A stretch of DNA of 64,000 nt from Thermoanaerobaculia bacterium (GTDB taxonomy: Bacteria; Acidobacteriota; Thermoanaerobaculia; UBA5066), in NCBI GenBank assembly GCA_963719225.1, contig CAVRAY010000002.1:1-64000 (forward strand). Reading direction: 5' to 3'. The notes below the pieces were generated by a model. The model was not told the origin of the DNA. It saw only the letters and a list, made by a program, of their open reading frames with translations, and made no database searches. The position numbers and the translations under genes are program-made. Positions 62,465-64,000 of this stretch are shown in pieces (positions within the stretch are counted from its first letter, which is position 1; each line of letters opens with the position of its first letter).

Positions 62465-63076
62465 CGAGAGAATCTTACGCGCTCTCCGGCCGGTGCTCCT
62501 TCATCGAAACACGGGCAGCTCGACGCCGGAACCGCTCTATGGAGACGGGGCGCCTTTCAGAATCGCCTCGAGCCTCCGCTCCTCGGGGACAGCGGCTTTT
62601 TCGACGAGCCGGACGCGACCCTCCTTGTCGAGCAGGAACGCCGTTCGCGCGGCGAACCCGAACTCCGGGAGGTACACGCCGTACTGTTGGGCGACCGCCC
62701 CACGCGGCTGGAAATCGGAAAGGAGCGGGTACCCAATGTGGTAGGCGTTTGCAAAGGCACGGTGGCTCCAGATCGAGTCGACGGAGATGCCGAGAACCTG
62801 GACGCGGGTGGCGTATGTCGGGAACATCGCCACGCATTTGGCGTGCTCGGCAGAGCACACGGGCGACCAGTCGAGCGGGTAGAACAGCAGCAAGACATCG
62901 ATGCTCCCCCGATACTGGGAAAGGGTGATCGTCCGACCGGCCGGACCGTCGACGTCGCCCTCTCGCCGGTGCGCGTCGCTCGTGACGGCTGGAAGGGAAA
63001 AATCCGGGGCGATGTCGCCGACGTCCATCATGGCTCACCTCGCTCGTCCCGCGCTCGACGAGAGAATCTTACGCGC
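62465..63076. repeat. Perfect 18-bp direct repeat CGAGAGAATCTTACGCGC flanking the redoxin gene
   Basis: Copies at 62465-62482 and 63059-63076; contains TAAGAT on the minus strand. Confidence 0.85.
62537..63031 (-). CDS. Peroxiredoxin/redoxin (AhpE-like)
   Basis: VGDIAPDFSLP, FYPLDWSPVC, GISVDS, LLSDF; GAGGTG RBS. Confidence 0.88.
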   Translation of the reverse strand: MMDVGDIAPDFSLPAVTSDAHRREGDVDGPAGRTITLSQYRGSIDVLLLFYPLDWSPVCSAEHAKCVAMFPTYATRVQVLGISVDSIWSHRAFANAYHIGYPLLSDFQPRGAVAQQYGVYLPEFGFAARTAFLLDKEGRVRLVEKAAVPEERRLEAILKGAPSP

Positions 63077-63155
63077 CCGCTGGCGGGGCGGCGACGAGAA
63101 GGAGAGCCGCGACGACGGCGAGGGCCAGCACACCGAGGATGACGATGCGTTTCAT
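63069..63155 (-). pseudogene. 28-codon ORF consisting only of a signal peptide
   Basis: Hand translation: MKRIVILGVLALAVVAALLLVAAPPAGA*; starts 10 nt after the ftsX stop. Confidence 0.55.
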
Positions 63156-63164
63156 CAAACGCCG

Positions 63165-64000
63165 TCAGCCGGCGAGGTTCCCGCGCCGCACGGCGAGCAA
63201 TCCCCCGAGCAGCCCGGCCGCGAGGCCGAACCCGACGAGAAGGAGGCATGCCGACATCGGGAGGAAGCGCACGGCGAAAACCCCGAGGAGCGCGTTCTTC
63301 GTCGCGGCGACCCAGCCAAGGACGGCGCGCGTGACGACCCACAGGAGCCCGAGGGCCAACAGCGCGCCGAGAAAGCCCTGGACGAGGCCTCCGAGCAGAT
63401 AGGGGCCGCGGATCAGGAATTCCGGCGCGCCCACGAGGCGCAGGATCTCGATCTCGTCGCGGTGGAGGAGGATCGTGAGCCGCACCACGTTCGCGATCGT
63501 GAACGCCGCCCCGAGCGTCAGGAAGACCGCGAGGACGAGGCCCGTGAGGCGCGCGAGGGAGACGGCCCCGCGCAGGCGGCGGATCCACTCCACGTCGAAC
63601 TGGACCTCCTCCGCGGCGCGATGGGAGGCGAGGAGCTTGAGGAAAGGCGGAAGGGCGTCGGAAATGACCGCCGAGGGCTCGAGCTCCATCTCGAGAGAGG
63701 CCGGAAACGGATTTCCCGGCAGGGAACGCGCTGCCGGACCGAGGGATTTCCACCACGTCGAGAAGCGGGCGCGCGCCTCGTCGGGCGAGACGCGCCGCAT
63801 CCGCGCGACGAGACGGGTCTCTTTCGCGAGGCGCTCGAGATCGGCCGTGTCGGCTTCCGTCGCCGAGGATTTCAGGAAGACGGTCACCGTCGACTCGTCG
63901 CGCACCGTCTCGACGAGGCTCTTCAGGTTCTCGGCCACGAGGAAAAACGCGCCGACGAGGCCGATCGAGATCGCGATGAGGACCACGGACAGGCTCGTCA
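63165..64000 (-). CDS. ftsX: Cell division permease FtsX (5' end outside the window)
   Basis: VTVFLK, NPFPASLE, IANVVRLTI, EIEILRLVGA, IRGPYL. Confidence 0.9.
   Translation of the reverse strand, partial: TSLSVVLIAISIGLVGAFFLVAENLKSLVETVRDESTVTVFLKSSATEADTADLERLAKETRLVARMRRVSPDEARARFSTWWKSLGPAARSLPGNPFPASLEMELEPSAVISDALPPFLKLLASHRAAEEVQFDVEWIRRLRGAVSLARLTGLVLAVFLTLGAAFTIANVVRLTILLHRDEIEILRLVGAPEFLIRGPYLLGGLVQGFLGALLALGLLWVVTRAVLGWVAATKNALLGVFAVRFLPMSACLLLVGFGLAAGLLGGLLAVRRGNLAG

Overview
High-GC bacterial chromosomal window from a diderm (lpxC, TonB and OmpA domains). By inference from gene style and content it belongs to Acidobacteriota, probably Thermoanaerobaculia; this was not tested. 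No rRNA, intact tRNA/tmRNA, CRISPR array, integrase or transposase was found. Layout: (1) 37-1691, a frameshifted secreted PQQ-type sugar dehydrogenase; (2) 1.8-5.3 kb, a dense array of intact and decayed toxin-antitoxin modules; (3) 5.3-19.5 kb, a Wzm/Wzt-dependent glycan locus with GT4/GT2 enzymes, small stand-alone coiled-coil proteins, a methyltransferase and three GT-C-like membrane proteins; (4) 19.6-27.6 kb, five co-oriented secreted proteins; (5) 27.8-64 kb, mostly housekeeping genes (smpB, HD-GYP, lpxC, ntrYX-like, ftcD, nadE, glyA, dgt, folC, accD, Btu/Fec-type ABC, mtaB-like, yebC, ruvC, ftsX) plus single TA modules and a receiver-Ser/Thr kinase-TonB fusion. The strongest candidate for an undescribed system is a ~120-aa C-terminal domain (PCRxxDTR...CG[VI]P...N[VLA]TV...D[VI]xGY[FYW]x-stop) present six times. 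It terminates five secreted proteins with four different passenger types and is also encoded as a stand-alone secreted protein, next to a candidate protein-glycosylation locus. This suggests a surface sorting/display system. Several genes in the first 21 kb carry frameshifts that may be sequencing errors.
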